Assembly (NCBI GenBank): GCA_027002265.1
Contig: JAMOTM010000043.1
Location: 14,458 to 78,457 of the forward strand
DNA length: 64,000 nt
Source of the DNA: Aquificota bacterium
GTDB taxonomy: Bacteria; Aquificota; Aquificia; Desulfurobacteriales; DQVG01
Reading direction: 5' to 3'
Both the position numbers and the translations under genes were made by a program. This document shows positions 43,145 through 52,986 of this stretch, piece after piece. The notes beneath the pieces are model-generated. The model worked only from the letters and a program-made list of their open reading frames with translations. It was not told where the DNA came from and searched no databases. Every line of letters begins with the position of its first letter. Position 1 is the stretch's first letter.

Positions 43145-44097
43145 TCTACTTCCCTCCTTCTTTCATAAAGCTCTTTGTTTATTTGTCTTTCTATTTCGTG
43201 GGCTTTATGAATGATTTTTAAAATTTGCTCTTCCACGGGTAGTTTCTCTATAGATTTAATAAATTCATATCTTTCTTTTAAAAAGGGATATTTTTCTAAA
43301 AATTCTGGGCATTCTTCTCCTAATTTTTTTATAATTTTTCTATAAAGTCTTGGTTTTTCTTCCATAAGCTCTACTTCATTGAAAGTTCCAGTAAGCCATA
43401 CCCAGTCCATAGGAAATTTTGAAGGTCCAAAATGAGCAAAATATAAATGAACTAATCCCAACCAACCTAAAGCTACAAAAGCTTCATCTGTGTGAGCAAG
43501 ATAAGCTACAGAAATCGCCCAATTGGGAAAATGAAGGTAATGAGTAAAAAATTCCGGAAACCATAAAATGAAACCGGTAACTCCAATAGCAAACATACCC
43601 CAACCAACTGCAAAAAAATCAAATTTATCTATCCATATAAATTCATCAAAATCAGGTGGTGCTTTTCTAATCCCAAGGTAGTAAGTTACCTGGTGGTAAA
43701 TATCTATAGCATCCTTTAATCTTGGAAGCATAGGAAGTGCATCAAATACCCCAATTTTTTTTATTCTATCTGTATTAAGAATGATTAAAAGGGTGCAGTA
43801 AAATACTGTAACTAGAAAAGTAAGAAACATAATAAGCCCGTATACTCTGTGAATAGTCATTGCTCCAAAAGTTCCACCCATAAGATAGTAAAGAGGTTTA
43901 GCCCAGGAAGCATCCGAATACTTTAAAGGAAAACCCGTTAAAATTTGATAAGCTACAGTAACAAATATAAATACATGCAATATTCTATGGAAGATGTTAA
44001 ATTTTCTATAAGCCAAATACTTCCCATCTACAATTAAAGTTTTTTCAACTTCATCTTTAAGCCTTAAATTTTCTTTTAATTTAGATAAAATTCCCAT
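43132..44097 (-). CDS. integral membrane di-heme cytochrome b-like subunit (FdnI / Ni-Fe-hydrogenase cytochrome b type) with ~90-aa cytoplasmic helical tail
   Basis: Four TM helices carry conserved His residues ('FHRILHV', 'IHRVYG', 'AHTDEA', 'HLYFAH'), as in PF01292-type quinone-interacting b subunits. Confidence 0.7.
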   Translation of the reverse strand: MGILSKLKENLRLKDEVEKTLIVDGKYLAYRKFNIFHRILHVFIFVTVAYQILTGFPLKYSDASWAKPLYYLMGGTFGAMTIHRVYGLIMFLTFLVTVFYCTLLIILNTDRIKKIGVFDALPMLPRLKDAIDIYHQVTYYLGIRKAPPDFDEFIWIDKFDFFAVGWGMFAIGVTGFILWFPEFFTHYLHFPNWAISVAYLAHTDEAFVALGWLGLVHLYFAHFGPSKFPMDWVWLTGTFNEVELMEEKPRLYRKIIKKLGEECPEFLEKYPFLKERYEFIKSIEKLPVEEQILKIIHKAHEIERQINKELYERRREVECQN

Positions 44098-44109
44098 TTA
44101 TAAAACCTC

Positions 44110-45219
44110 CTAATCCTCCTTATCCTTCTTTCTATTTCTTATTTCCCTAAATAAAGATAAAAATACAATTCCAGCTCCCATTAGAAGAACAGATGCTGCC
44201 ATGTAAAACATTCCATGTTCTACTCCAAAAACTATAGCTTGAACTACAGGATTTTCATATTTAAATACAGCTGGATCCATATGAACCCATTTAGTTGTTG
44301 CAAAATTTTTATCATTCCATTTAGCTACGAGGGGATGACATTCATCGCTTCTTCCACAAGTTTTAGGCAAAACATTTGGATTAGTAGAAGAACGTTCATC
44401 TATAGTTTCAAAAATATCGTGAAAGTTACCATTTGCATGGGTATGACAGTCTAAACAATCTGCAGCTCTTTTATCTTTAGGATAGAGTTTAAGCATTTTT
44501 CCATGCATAGTATTAAGATAAGCTTTTACAGCTTCAAGAATTTTTTCTTTTCTTTCTTCATCTTTTATTTGCATAACATTTATTGCTTTTTCCATTTTCC
44601 TTTTATCTGCGTGACAAGAAGCACAAAGTTTTACGATTTCCCATCCATTTCTTTGTATACCAGCTTTATAACCAAAGGCAAAACCATTTTTTTCAATAGG
44701 AATTTCACTTCTAGAAAGAACATGGGCATATGCAATTTTTAGATCGTAATTATTGGTGTGGCATATAGAACATTTAGCTAAAGATTTTTTTGCACTATTT
44801 AATTTTTCTAAATCTATAAGCTCTTTGTTTATATGGCAGTAAGAACAAGAAGGAAAAATGTCTGGAGCTTTATCGTAGTATTTTCCGTGGACCGACTCTT
44901 TCCAAGTTTTTACAATATTTTCATGCGAAAAAAACTTTTTAGATATAGGATCTATAACATGGCATTTTGAAGAGCAAGTTGCTTTTACGTTTTTAGGGTC
45001 GTGAGGATAAGCTTTTATTTTTGTATGACATTCTGAGCAATCCGCGTCCCTATGAACGGAATGTAAAAATTTTATGGAAGATATATCACAGAGAATAATA
45101 GTGTTGTTTTGAATGTAACCTAAATTTCTATACTTATGGCACATTAAACATCCATCTTTTGCTAAACTGAAAGATATAGCTAGTTCAAAAACAAAAAGGC
45201 TTTTTATAAAACTCTTCAC
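44110..45219 (-). CDS. multiheme c-type cytochrome with C-terminal TM anchor (6 CxxCH plus CSSKCH and CGRSDECH variants)
   Basis: Signal peptide. CLMCH, CSECH, CSYCH, CSICH, CASCH, CLDCH counted. C-terminal 'MFYMAASVLLMGAGIVFLSLF' helix. Confidence 0.8.
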   Translation of the reverse strand: MKSFIKSLFVFELAISFSLAKDGCLMCHKYRNLGYIQNNTIILCDISSIKFLHSVHRDADCSECHTKIKAYPHDPKNVKATCSSKCHVIDPISKKFFSHENIVKTWKESVHGKYYDKAPDIFPSCSYCHINKELIDLEKLNSAKKSLAKCSICHTNNYDLKIAYAHVLSRSEIPIEKNGFAFGYKAGIQRNGWEIVKLCASCHADKRKMEKAINVMQIKDEERKEKILEAVKAYLNTMHGKMLKLYPKDKRAADCLDCHTHANGNFHDIFETIDERSSTNPNVLPKTCGRSDECHPLVAKWNDKNFATTKWVHMDPAVFKYENPVVQAIVFGVEHGMFYMAASVLLMGAGIVFLSLFREIRNRKKDKED

Positions 45220-45223
45220 GCTA

Positions 45224-45574
45224 TTAACCTCCTAGGTTTACAAGTTTTAAAATAAGTCCTACAAGCGTATATCCAAATGCAAAACCCATGCATAATGTAA
45301 AAGTCATTCCAAAAGATCTTAAAGCCCAACCTAGAGATTTATATTCATAGTAATATCTAGAGTAATAGGTGATAAGCAATGCTACTATTATTCCACTTAT
45401 AAACTTTATCCAAAAATAGGAGCTATCTACGGCTTTTGATTGAGTTAAACCAGCTAAAAACACAAAACCCGCAACTGATAAAGCTCCTAAACCTACTATA
45501 AACATTAAAGGAGCTGCCCAAGCGTCGTCCCTTAACACTCGATTTGGAGGTATTGGATGTTTTAACTTTTTCAT
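45224..45574 (-). CDS. small integral membrane protein (3 TM), first gene of the cytochrome operon
   Basis: Three hydrophobic helices. 4-nt gap to the next gene. No family recognised. Confidence 0.55.
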   Translation of the reverse strand: MKKLKHPIPPNRVLRDDAWAAPLMFIVGLGALSVAGFVFLAGLTQSKAVDSSYFWIKFISGIIVALLITYYSRYYYEYKSLGWALRSFGMTFTLCMGFAFGYTLVGLILKLVNLGG

Positions 45575-45857
45575 GATAATACCCTCTCATTTAACAAAAG
45601 TTTTAAAACTACTAAATTTTTTAAAAAAGTATATTTTTATCAAGATAAATTTTATTTTACAATTTATTTTGGAATTTTCAATTTTTAATTATATTATTTA
45701 TCATCGTTTTGAATTATTTGAATATATAAATTATATTAACTTCTCCTAGGTAGGGAATATAAGATAAAATTCTGGATTTTTAAGTAAGATGTATAGATAT
45801 TGAAAATAAAAGGTTTATAATAATTGATGCAAAATATTTTAAATGAGAAAGGAGAGG

Positions 45858-47381
45858 ATGAAAATATTAAAACAAGCTATTTTTGTTCTTATATTTTTTA
45901 AGGTAGCTTTTGCCATTAATTTAAATGATACAAGCTTTATTTATAAACTTTTAAGTGATTTTAAACTTCAATATGAACTTTTTAAAAATTCTCACTTAGA
46001 AGATGGAAAATATGTTTATACCGATAAATACGGAAATAAACTTATATTTACTGTAGATCCCTTTCTACAAAAAAAAGTAAAAAAATATCTTTTAAAACAC
46101 CGGGTAAAGTATGGGTGTTTCGTTGCTATTGAGCCTCAAAGTGGAAGGGTTTTAGCTAGTGTTTATGGAAAAAAAGATATTTGTTTAAGAAATGATTTTC
46201 CTACAGCTTCTACCTTTAAAGTTATATCTGCAGCTTTAGCTTTAGAAAAAGATATTATGGAGCCTCAAAGTCATCTTTATTATAGAGGTCGTCCTACTTC
46301 CATTTCGTTTAGAACTTGGATAAGAGGAAGATATAGATACAAAACTACTTTAGAGCAAGCTTTGGCAAAATCTATTAATCCGTTTTTTGGAGTGTTAGCA
46401 TACAAATATTTTAGAAATTATAACTTAGAAGAATATGCTAAAAAATGGGGATTTAATCTTTCTTTTTACAATTTTCCTTGGGGTAGGATAAAAAATTTAA
46501 ATTCTATTGTTCAAGTTGCAAAAACAGCTGCTGGTCTTGGCCCAACTACATTTAGTCCTTTTCATGGAGCTCTTATAGCTGCTACTATTGCTAATGACGG
46601 GATTATGCCAGTTCCAAGTTTTGTGGAAGCAATTTATGATAGAGACGGAAACTTAGTATATTCTTTTACTTCAAAGTATTTTTGGCGAGTTATAGATGTT
46701 GATGTTGCAAATAAACTTTCTAATATGCTTGAGAAAACTTATGCTTATGGAACAGCATCTCATGATATAGAGTTTAGAAAATTTAAAAGGACTTTTAAAA
46801 ATATAAAAATAGCTGGTAAAACGGGAACTCTATCAAATAGAAGTTATCCAAAAGGTATTTGTCAATGGTTTATAGGTTTTGCCGATTATAGAAACCCATC
46901 TATTGCTGTTGCATCTTTAGGTATAAATAGGGGTTATATGACTACAAGTGGATATGGAATTTCTGCTTATGGTCTAAGGGAGTATTTTTATGAAAAATTT
47001 GGAATTATAAAGAAAAGAAGAAAATATAAATATAGATCTTATAAAACTAAATACAAAAAAATTTATTACATTGTTAGAAAAGGCGATAACTTATATTACA
47101 TTGCAAAAAAATTTAATGTAAGAATTTCAGATATTAAAAGATGGAATCATTTAAAACATAATTATCTCTATCCAGGCCAACGGTTAGTTATATATAAATC
47201 CTATTCTTACTTTAAAAAAAGAAAATACTTAAAAATAAAATATAAAGTAAAAACTGGAGATACTCTTTGGAAAATAGCCAGAAAATTTGGAGTTTCAATT
47301 AAAGCTTTAAAGAAATGGAATCATTTAAAAACTACGAATATAAAGGCTGGAGATTATCTTATTATTTATAAATCTTTGTAA
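45858..47381 (+). CDS. penicillin-binding transpeptidase-domain protein fused to two C-terminal LysM domains
   Basis: SxxK 'STFK' and KTG 'KTGT' motifs. Two LysM repeats ('YIVRKGDNLYYIAKKFNV...', 'YKVKTGDTLWKIARKFGV...'). AAGGAGAGG RBS favours the ATG at 45858 over the track start 45843. Confidence 0.8.
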   Translation: MKILKQAIFVLIFFKVAFAINLNDTSFIYKLLSDFKLQYELFKNSHLEDGKYVYTDKYGNKLIFTVDPFLQKKVKKYLLKHRVKYGCFVAIEPQSGRVLASVYGKKDICLRNDFPTASTFKVISAALALEKDIMEPQSHLYYRGRPTSISFRTWIRGRYRYKTTLEQALAKSINPFFGVLAYKYFRNYNLEEYAKKWGFNLSFYNFPWGRIKNLNSIVQVAKTAAGLGPTTFSPFHGALIAATIANDGIMPVPSFVEAIYDRDGNLVYSFTSKYFWRVIDVDVANKLSNMLEKTYAYGTASHDIEFRKFKRTFKNIKIAGKTGTLSNRSYPKGICQWFIGFADYRNPSIAVASLGINRGYMTTSGYGISAYGLREYFYEKFGIIKKRRKYKYRSYKTKYKKIYYIVRKGDNLYYIAKKFNVRISDIKRWNHLKHNYLYPGQRLVIYKSYSYFKKRKYLKIKYKVKTGDTLWKIARKFGVSIKALKKWNHLKTTNIKAGDYLIIYKSL

Positions 47382-47396
47382 TTTCGTGGAGCTATT

Positions 47397-48284
47397 TTGA
47401 AAGATTTTTTGAATGCTTTAAATATTTACTATAGCTATACAAATAATTTGCCAAAAAGTTTAAAAATTTTAGCTCAAAGTGAAGAATTTAAGAAAATTTC
47501 TCAAGATATTTTAGAAAAGCTTAACAAAGGTCTTTCCTTTTCTAAAATTCTTTATGAAAAGGGTCTTATAAATTCATTTGAAAGAAAAATATTAAAATTT
47601 GGAGAAGATAATAATCTTTTAGAAAAAGCATTGTCCTTTATTTTAGATTATCGTTTTCTTAAAAAAAAAATAAAAAGAAACCTATTTAATAAAGTTAAGT
47701 ATCCTTTTATAGTTTTTTTATTTAGCTTTTCATTTTTAATATTTTTTAAGCTAAAATTTCTTCCAGAAATTGAAAAAATATATCTAGAAATGAATTTAGA
47801 GTTGCATCCTTTAATAAAATTTTGGAAAATTATTTTTGAAGTGCCTTTTTATTTTTATATTTTATTTTCTTTCTTAATTTTCATCTTATTTTACAAAATT
47901 TATCTTATCTTTAAAAAACATATATTTAAAAGATACAACTTTATTTTAAATATTAAACTTTTTTTATTTCTTTATGAAACTCAAGGCTATATAAACACAG
48001 CTGCTTTTAAAAGTATAGCGGGGGAATCTATTTTAAAAACTTCGGATTATTTAAAACCTTTTATACAAAAGGAAGATTATTATTTTTTTAAAATTAATGA
48101 AGAGAATAATAATATAGAAGAAGGTTTGAAATATTTGGAAAGAATTTATGAAAGGAAATTTCTTAATTATTTGGAAAATTTATTAAATTTTATTTCTGTT
48201 GTAGTATACACATTTAGTGTACTTTTAGTTACTCTTTTAATTTTATCTTATCAACTTCCTTTACTTTTTGGAAAAATTGAATAA
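47397..48284 (+). CDS. type II secretion / type IV pilus platform protein F-like (GspF/PilC family, short 295-aa form)
   Basis: 'LNKGLSFSKILYEKGLINSFERKILKFGEDNNLLEKALSFILDY' matches the T2SS-F domain pattern. TM helices follow. Confidence 0.55.
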   Translation: MKDFLNALNIYYSYTNNLPKSLKILAQSEEFKKISQDILEKLNKGLSFSKILYEKGLINSFERKILKFGEDNNLLEKALSFILDYRFLKKKIKRNLFNKVKYPFIVFLFSFSFLIFFKLKFLPEIEKIYLEMNLELHPLIKFWKIIFEVPFYFYILFSFLIFILFYKIYLIFKKHIFKRYNFILNIKLFLFLYETQGYINTAAFKSIAGESILKTSDYLKPFIQKEDYYFFKINEENNNIEEGLKYLERIYERKFLNYLENLLNFISVVVYTFSVLLVTLLILSYQLPLLFGKIE

Positions 48285-48311
48285 ATTAGCCCCACAAAGG
48301 GGGCTACAAAT

Positions 48312-48836
48312 CTATTTATTTGCATTATATCTTTCTATAGATTCCTCAATAAGCTTACAGGCTTCTTCTTTTGAACCCCAACCAATAACTTTAACCCACT
48401 TTCCAGGTTCTAAATCTTTGTATCTTTCAAAAAAGTGTTTTATTTTCTCTCTAGTTATTTTTGGAAGATCATCAATGGATTTAATATCTTCGTAACTTGG
48501 ATCAAGCTTTGAAACAGGAACTGCAATAATTTTTTCATCTTGGCCAGCTTCATCTTCCATTATTAAAACTCCAATGGGTCTACATCTTAAAACAGAGCCT
48601 GGAACTACAGGCTCTCTTGAAATAACAAGAACATCTACTGGATCACCGTCTTTTGCCAAAGTGTTGGGAATAAATCCATAATTAAATGGATAGTACATAG
48701 GAGTAAATAAAAATCTATCTACAAAAATAAGACCGCTATCTTTATCAAGCTCATACTTTACGGCGCTTTTTTCAGGAATTTCTACAATTACGTAAATATC
48801 TTCAGGTGGATTTTTTCCAGCTGGTATTTTTATCAT
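48312..48836 (-). CDS. ppa: inorganic pyrophosphatase (family I)
   Basis: '[23 protein letters not shown]' signature. Confidence 0.95.
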   Translation of the reverse strand: MIKIPAGKNPPEDIYVIVEIPEKSAVKYELDKDSGLIFVDRFLFTPMYYPFNYGFIPNTLAKDGDPVDVLVISREPVVPGSVLRCRPIGVLIMEDEAGQDEKIIAVPVSKLDPSYEDIKSIDDLPKITREKIKHFFERYKDLEPGKWVKVIGWGSKEEACKLIEESIERYNANK

Positions 48837-48944
48837 TATTTGATACCTCCTTAAAAAATATTATTGTATTTCAAACTTTATTATATAACTTTTATATTTC
48901 AAATTTAAAAAATTTAAAAATTATAAATTTAATTGGATAAATTG

Positions 48945-49385
48945 CTATTTATGCCCCGTAGAACCAAAACCGCCCTCTTTTCTTTCGGTTTCTGAAAGCT
49001 TATCTACAACTTCAATATCAAACAAATTCAATTTTCTTAAAATCATTTGAACTCCACGAAAAGGAAGCTTTAGATCTGGAGCATTTTCATCTATTTTTCT
49101 TAAGGCTACTTTTATAGTTCCTCTATATTGAGGATCAATAATCCCTATAGAATTTGCCATAACAAAACCAGTTTTAGATAAAGAGCTTCTTGGAACAATT
49201 TCAATATAATAGCCTGGAGGAGGTTCTACCCTTATTTTTGTATCATAAAAATAAAAATTACCTTTTTTCTCTATAAGTTCCACTAAATAAAGATCATAAC
49301 CTACATCATCTTTATATTTTTTAAAAGGGGGGATACCCCCCTTTTCTATTTTAATTTTTACTTTCATTTTCTTTTTTGCCTCCAT
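48945..49385 (-). CDS. dut: dUTP diphosphatase
   Basis: 'DVGYDLY', 'PRSSLSK', 'GIIDPQYRG' and C-terminal 'RKEGGFGSTG' motifs. The 5' end overlaps the pnp 3' end. Confidence 0.85.
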   Translation of the reverse strand: MEAKKKMKVKIKIEKGGIPPFKKYKDDVGYDLYLVELIEKKGNFYFYDTKIRVEPPPGYYIEIVPRSSLSKTGFVMANSIGIIDPQYRGTIKVALRKIDENAPDLKLPFRGVQMILRKLNLFDIEVVDKLSETERKEGGFGSTGHK

Positions 49386-51660
49386 TATCTTTTTCCTCTT
49401 GATTTTTTGCTTGATCTTCCTTTACCTTTCTAAGCTCCTCTTCTGTTAAGGTAGACTTACCTTCAAAAATATTTTGGTCTCCTTTCTTTGTTTTGAAAAA
49501 TCCTCCGTAAGATTTTAGAGCTGTAATTTCCTCTGGAGATAAAGAAGTGAAAGATAGTTTTGGTCTTCCAAGAGGATCAAGCTCTAAAACTTTCACTGGA
49601 ATTAAGTCTCCTACTTTCACCATTTCTCTAGCATCTGTTACCCCAGGTCCCATTTTAGATACATGAACAAGTCCTATCTTTCCAGGAATAATTTCTACAA
49701 ATGCTCCATAATTTTCTACTCTTACAACTCGACCTAAAAATGTTTTACCTACAACATCTTCAGTAACATCTTTAATCATATCTATAGCTTTTTCCGCAGA
49801 TTCTTTATTTGGAGCAGATACAAATACAGTTCCATCTTCTTGATCTATATCTATTTTTACTCCAGTAAGATCAATAATAGTTTTTATAGTTCTTCCAGAA
49901 GGTCCAATTAGGTCTCTAATTTTCTCTACGTCAACTTTAGTAGAAAGAATTCTTGGCGCATATTTAGAAATATCACTTCTTGGCTTATCTATAATAGCTT
50001 CCATTTTATCTAAAATATAGAATCTACCTTCTCTTGCCTGTCTTAATGCATTTAAGAAAATATCTTTTGTTATCCCTTTAATTTTTAAATCCATTTGAAT
50101 AGCTGTAACCCCTTTTCTTGTTCCAGCTACTTTAAAATCCATATCTCCTAAATGATCTTCATCTCCCAAAATATCGCTTAAAACTACAAAATTATCGCCT
50201 TCTTTTATAAGACCCATTGCAATTCCAGCAACCGGAGCTTTGATAGGAACGCCTGCATCCATTAAAGATAAACTTCCTCCACAAACTGTAGCCATAGAAG
50301 AAGAACCATTTGACTCTAAGATATCGGAAACTACTCTAATTGTATAAGGGAATTCTTCTTCTGAAGGAATTACAGGAAGTAAAGCTCTTTCTGCTAAGGC
50401 TCCATGTCCAATTTCTCTTCTTCCCGGAGCTTTTAAAGGTGCAATTTCTCCCACGCAGAAAGGTGGAAAGTTATAGTGGAGCATAAATCTTTTAGTTTCC
50501 TCCTCAGGTAAAAGAGAATCAACTATTTGAGATTCTCCTGGAGTTCCGAGTGTGGTTGTAACTAAAGCTTGAGTTTGACCTCTTTGGAAAAGAGCAGAGC
50601 CGTGGGCTCTTGGTAAAAGACCAACTTCTATATAGATAGGTCTAATATCTTTTAATCCTCTACCATCAATTCTTTTTTTCTTTATAAGGGCATATTTTCT
50701 TACAAATTCTTTTTCTACTTCTCCAAAATAATTTTCTGCAAGCTTTTGAAGTTCTTCCGGAATTTCAAGATTTTCTATCATTTTTGCTTTAAGTTCAGCT
50801 AAAGCAGCTCTTCTTTGCTTTTTATCTTGAATAAATACTGCTTTTGCTAAACGAGATTTTGCAAATACTTCATCTGTATACTCGCCGGTAAATTCAAAAT
50901 CCTCTCCAGATAGAAGATATTTTTTAATTTTTTCTTTAAGTTCTTCTGGAAGTTCATCTGCTTTAAATTCTATTTTCTCTTTTCCTGCAAGTTTTCTTAA
51001 GTCCTCTTGAGCTTCGCATATTTTTTTTATCTCCTCATGAGCAAATAAAATTGCATCTAAGACTTCTTCTTCGGTAGCTTCCTTTGCTCCACCTTCTACC
51101 ATAACAATTGCATCTTTTGTTCCAGAAACAATAAGATTTATATCAGCTTCTTCTAATTTTTCATAAGGAGGATTTATAACAAGCTCTCCATTTATTCTTG
51201 CTACTCTTACAGCTCCAACAGGTCCTTCCCAAGGAATTTGAGAAAGATGTAAAGCTGCAGAAGCTCCATTTATTGCAAGAACCGCTGGATCATTTTCTGG
51301 ATCTGCAGATATTACAAAAGCTACAACTTGAACATCATTTTTAAAACCTTTTGGAAACAAAGGTCTTATACTTCTATCAGTTACTCTTGCTTTTAATATT
51401 TCTTCATCGGTAGGTTTACCTTCTCTTTTTATAAAACCTCCTGGTATCTTCCCTGCGGCATAAGCTCTTTCTCTATACTCAACAATTAGAGGACAAAAAT
51501 CTATATCTTCTCTTGGAGTATCGCTCATCACTGCAGTAACAAGAACCATAGTATCTCCTTGTTTTACTAAAACCGATCCATCTGCTTGTTTTGCAAGTTT
51601 CCCAGTTTGAAAAATCATAGGTTTGTTTCCTACCTCAGTTGAAACTTCATATACACTCAT
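49351..51660 (-). CDS. pnp: polyribonucleotide nucleotidyltransferase (PNPase), with ~70-aa C-terminal extension
   Basis: Two RNase PH domains ('GRREIGHGALAERAL'), then KH and S1 domains. Confidence 0.95.
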   Translation of the reverse strand: MSVYEVSTEVGNKPMIFQTGKLAKQADGSVLVKQGDTMVLVTAVMSDTPREDIDFCPLIVEYRERAYAAGKIPGGFIKREGKPTDEEILKARVTDRSIRPLFPKGFKNDVQVVAFVISADPENDPAVLAINGASAALHLSQIPWEGPVGAVRVARINGELVINPPYEKLEEADINLIVSGTKDAIVMVEGGAKEATEEEVLDAILFAHEEIKKICEAQEDLRKLAGKEKIEFKADELPEELKEKIKKYLLSGEDFEFTGEYTDEVFAKSRLAKAVFIQDKKQRRAALAELKAKMIENLEIPEELQKLAENYFGEVEKEFVRKYALIKKKRIDGRGLKDIRPIYIEVGLLPRAHGSALFQRGQTQALVTTTLGTPGESQIVDSLLPEEETKRFMLHYNFPPFCVGEIAPLKAPGRREIGHGALAERALLPVIPSEEEFPYTIRVVSDILESNGSSSMATVCGGSLSLMDAGVPIKAPVAGIAMGLIKEGDNFVVLSDILGDEDHLGDMDFKVAGTRKGVTAIQMDLKIKGITKDIFLNALRQAREGRFYILDKMEAIIDKPRSDISKYAPRILSTKVDVEKIRDLIGPSGRTIKTIIDLTGVKIDIDQEDGTVFVSAPNKESAEKAIDMIKDVTEDVVGKTFLGRVVRVENYGAFVEIIPGKIGLVHVSKMGPGVTDAREMVKVGDLIPVKVLELDPLGRPKLSFTSLSPEEITALKSYGGFFKTKKGDQNIFEGKSTLTEEELRKVKEDQAKNQEEKDNGGKKENESKN

Positions 51661-51721
51661 TTTTCCTACCTCTTTTTAATGTTTTTTTAAATTTAATTAT
51701 AATTTGGTTTTTTTCTTTTTG

Positions 51722-52438
51722 TTAAATTAGGGCAAGAACTTCTTTAAAATCATTAAAGATATAATCTATATAAGATTTTATACCTTTTAGATCACTTAAG
51801 GATAAATTAGAAAAGTTTTTTATAAAAGCAACCTTGCAACCAGCTTTCTTTGCTCCTATTATTCCACTTTTGGAATCCTCAAATACTAAAGTTTCTTGAG
51901 GTTTGCTTTTTAAAATTTTTAAAGCTAAGAAAAATCCTTTTGGAGAAGGTTTGCTTTCTTTATAATCTTCTGCTGCAAATATTAAATATTTTTTTCTCCA
52001 AAATAAGTATTTTTTATTAAAGAAAAAGAAATGCATGTTTTTACTTTTTAACATAAATAGAGCTTCTTTATAACAAGATCCTGTTACGATAGCTTTTTTT
52101 CTTTTCTTCTTTTCCAAGAGTTTTAAAAAAGTTTTTATGCCTGGATTATGAATAAGAGGATTTTCTACTATATCTTGAAATTTAAGTTTTAAAATTCCTT
52201 CATTTACTTCGTTAATACCTTTATCTAATTTATATTTATTTATTATATGTTTATATATATGTTGCCAAGAATGACCAAAAACAATGTTTTTATCTTCTTC
52301 ATCAAGAGTTATATTTAAACTTTTAAAGTATTTAAATATATAGCCTATATTTCTTTCTTCAGATAAAAATATAGTATCATCTAAATCAAATAAGAATGTT
52401 TTAAACGTCTTTAAATTTTTCACAGGATATCCCCCCAA
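51722..52438 (-). CDS. HAD-superfamily hydrolase (subfamily IA-like)
   Basis: Motif I 'FLFDLDDTIF', 'KPSPKGF' and motif IV 'FEDSKSGIIGAKKAG'. Confidence 0.75.
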   Translation of the reverse strand: MGGYPVKNLKTFKTFLFDLDDTIFLSEERNIGYIFKYFKSLNITLDEEDKNIVFGHSWQHIYKHIINKYKLDKGINEVNEGILKLKFQDIVENPLIHNPGIKTFLKLLEKKKRKKAIVTGSCYKEALFMLKSKNMHFFFFNKKYLFWRKKYLIFAAEDYKESKPSPKGFFLALKILKSKPQETLVFEDSKSGIIGAKKAGCKVAFIKNFSNLSLSDLKGIKSYIDYIFNDFKEVLALI

Positions 52439-52460
52439 AATTTGTGTATAATTTTGTATT

Positions 52461-52775
52461 ATGGAAAGAGAAAAAAGGGATTTTAAAATTAATAAATCAT
52501 TTTTATCGAATTTTTTTAACGAAATTATAACTTATCTTCCTCAGCTTGTAGAATATATTCTTTTTTCTAAAGATAAAGATAAGAATTTAAAGGAAATTAC
52601 TTTTAAAATTCATAACTTAGAAAAGAGATTAGATCTTCTTGAAAAAGAAATAAAAAGTTTAAAAATGTATAATGAAGAGATATCTAAACGTATAAAGCTT
52701 ATTTTTAACCTATTTATTATTATCTTGCTTTTAATAATTTTTATTTTATGTTTAGTTGCCTTAAAAATTCTTTAA
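52461..52775 (+). CDS. hypothetical tail-anchored coiled-coil protein (104 aa)
   Basis: ORF with a C-terminal TM helix. No motifs recognised. Confidence 0.4.
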   Translation: MEREKRDFKINKSFLSNFFNEIITYLPQLVEYILFSKDKDKNLKEITFKIHNLEKRLDLLEKEIKSLKMYNEEISKRIKLIFNLFIIILLLIIFILCLVALKIL

Positions 52776-52986
52776 AGTAAACTTTCCTCTTTAAGTTAAG
52801 ATTTTGTATTTTCTCTATTTGCATTTAAAATCTTGCTTGCAACTTGTAAATTGAAAACTTTTTGTACGTGCTTACAGTTACTTTTGTTTTTTTATTGTAA
52901 TTCTTTTTTAAACATCTTTTTTATATGCTAGGCAAAAAAAAGAGTTTTCAAAAGTCAGTTTTTTGAAAATAATATAAAACTTTGCA

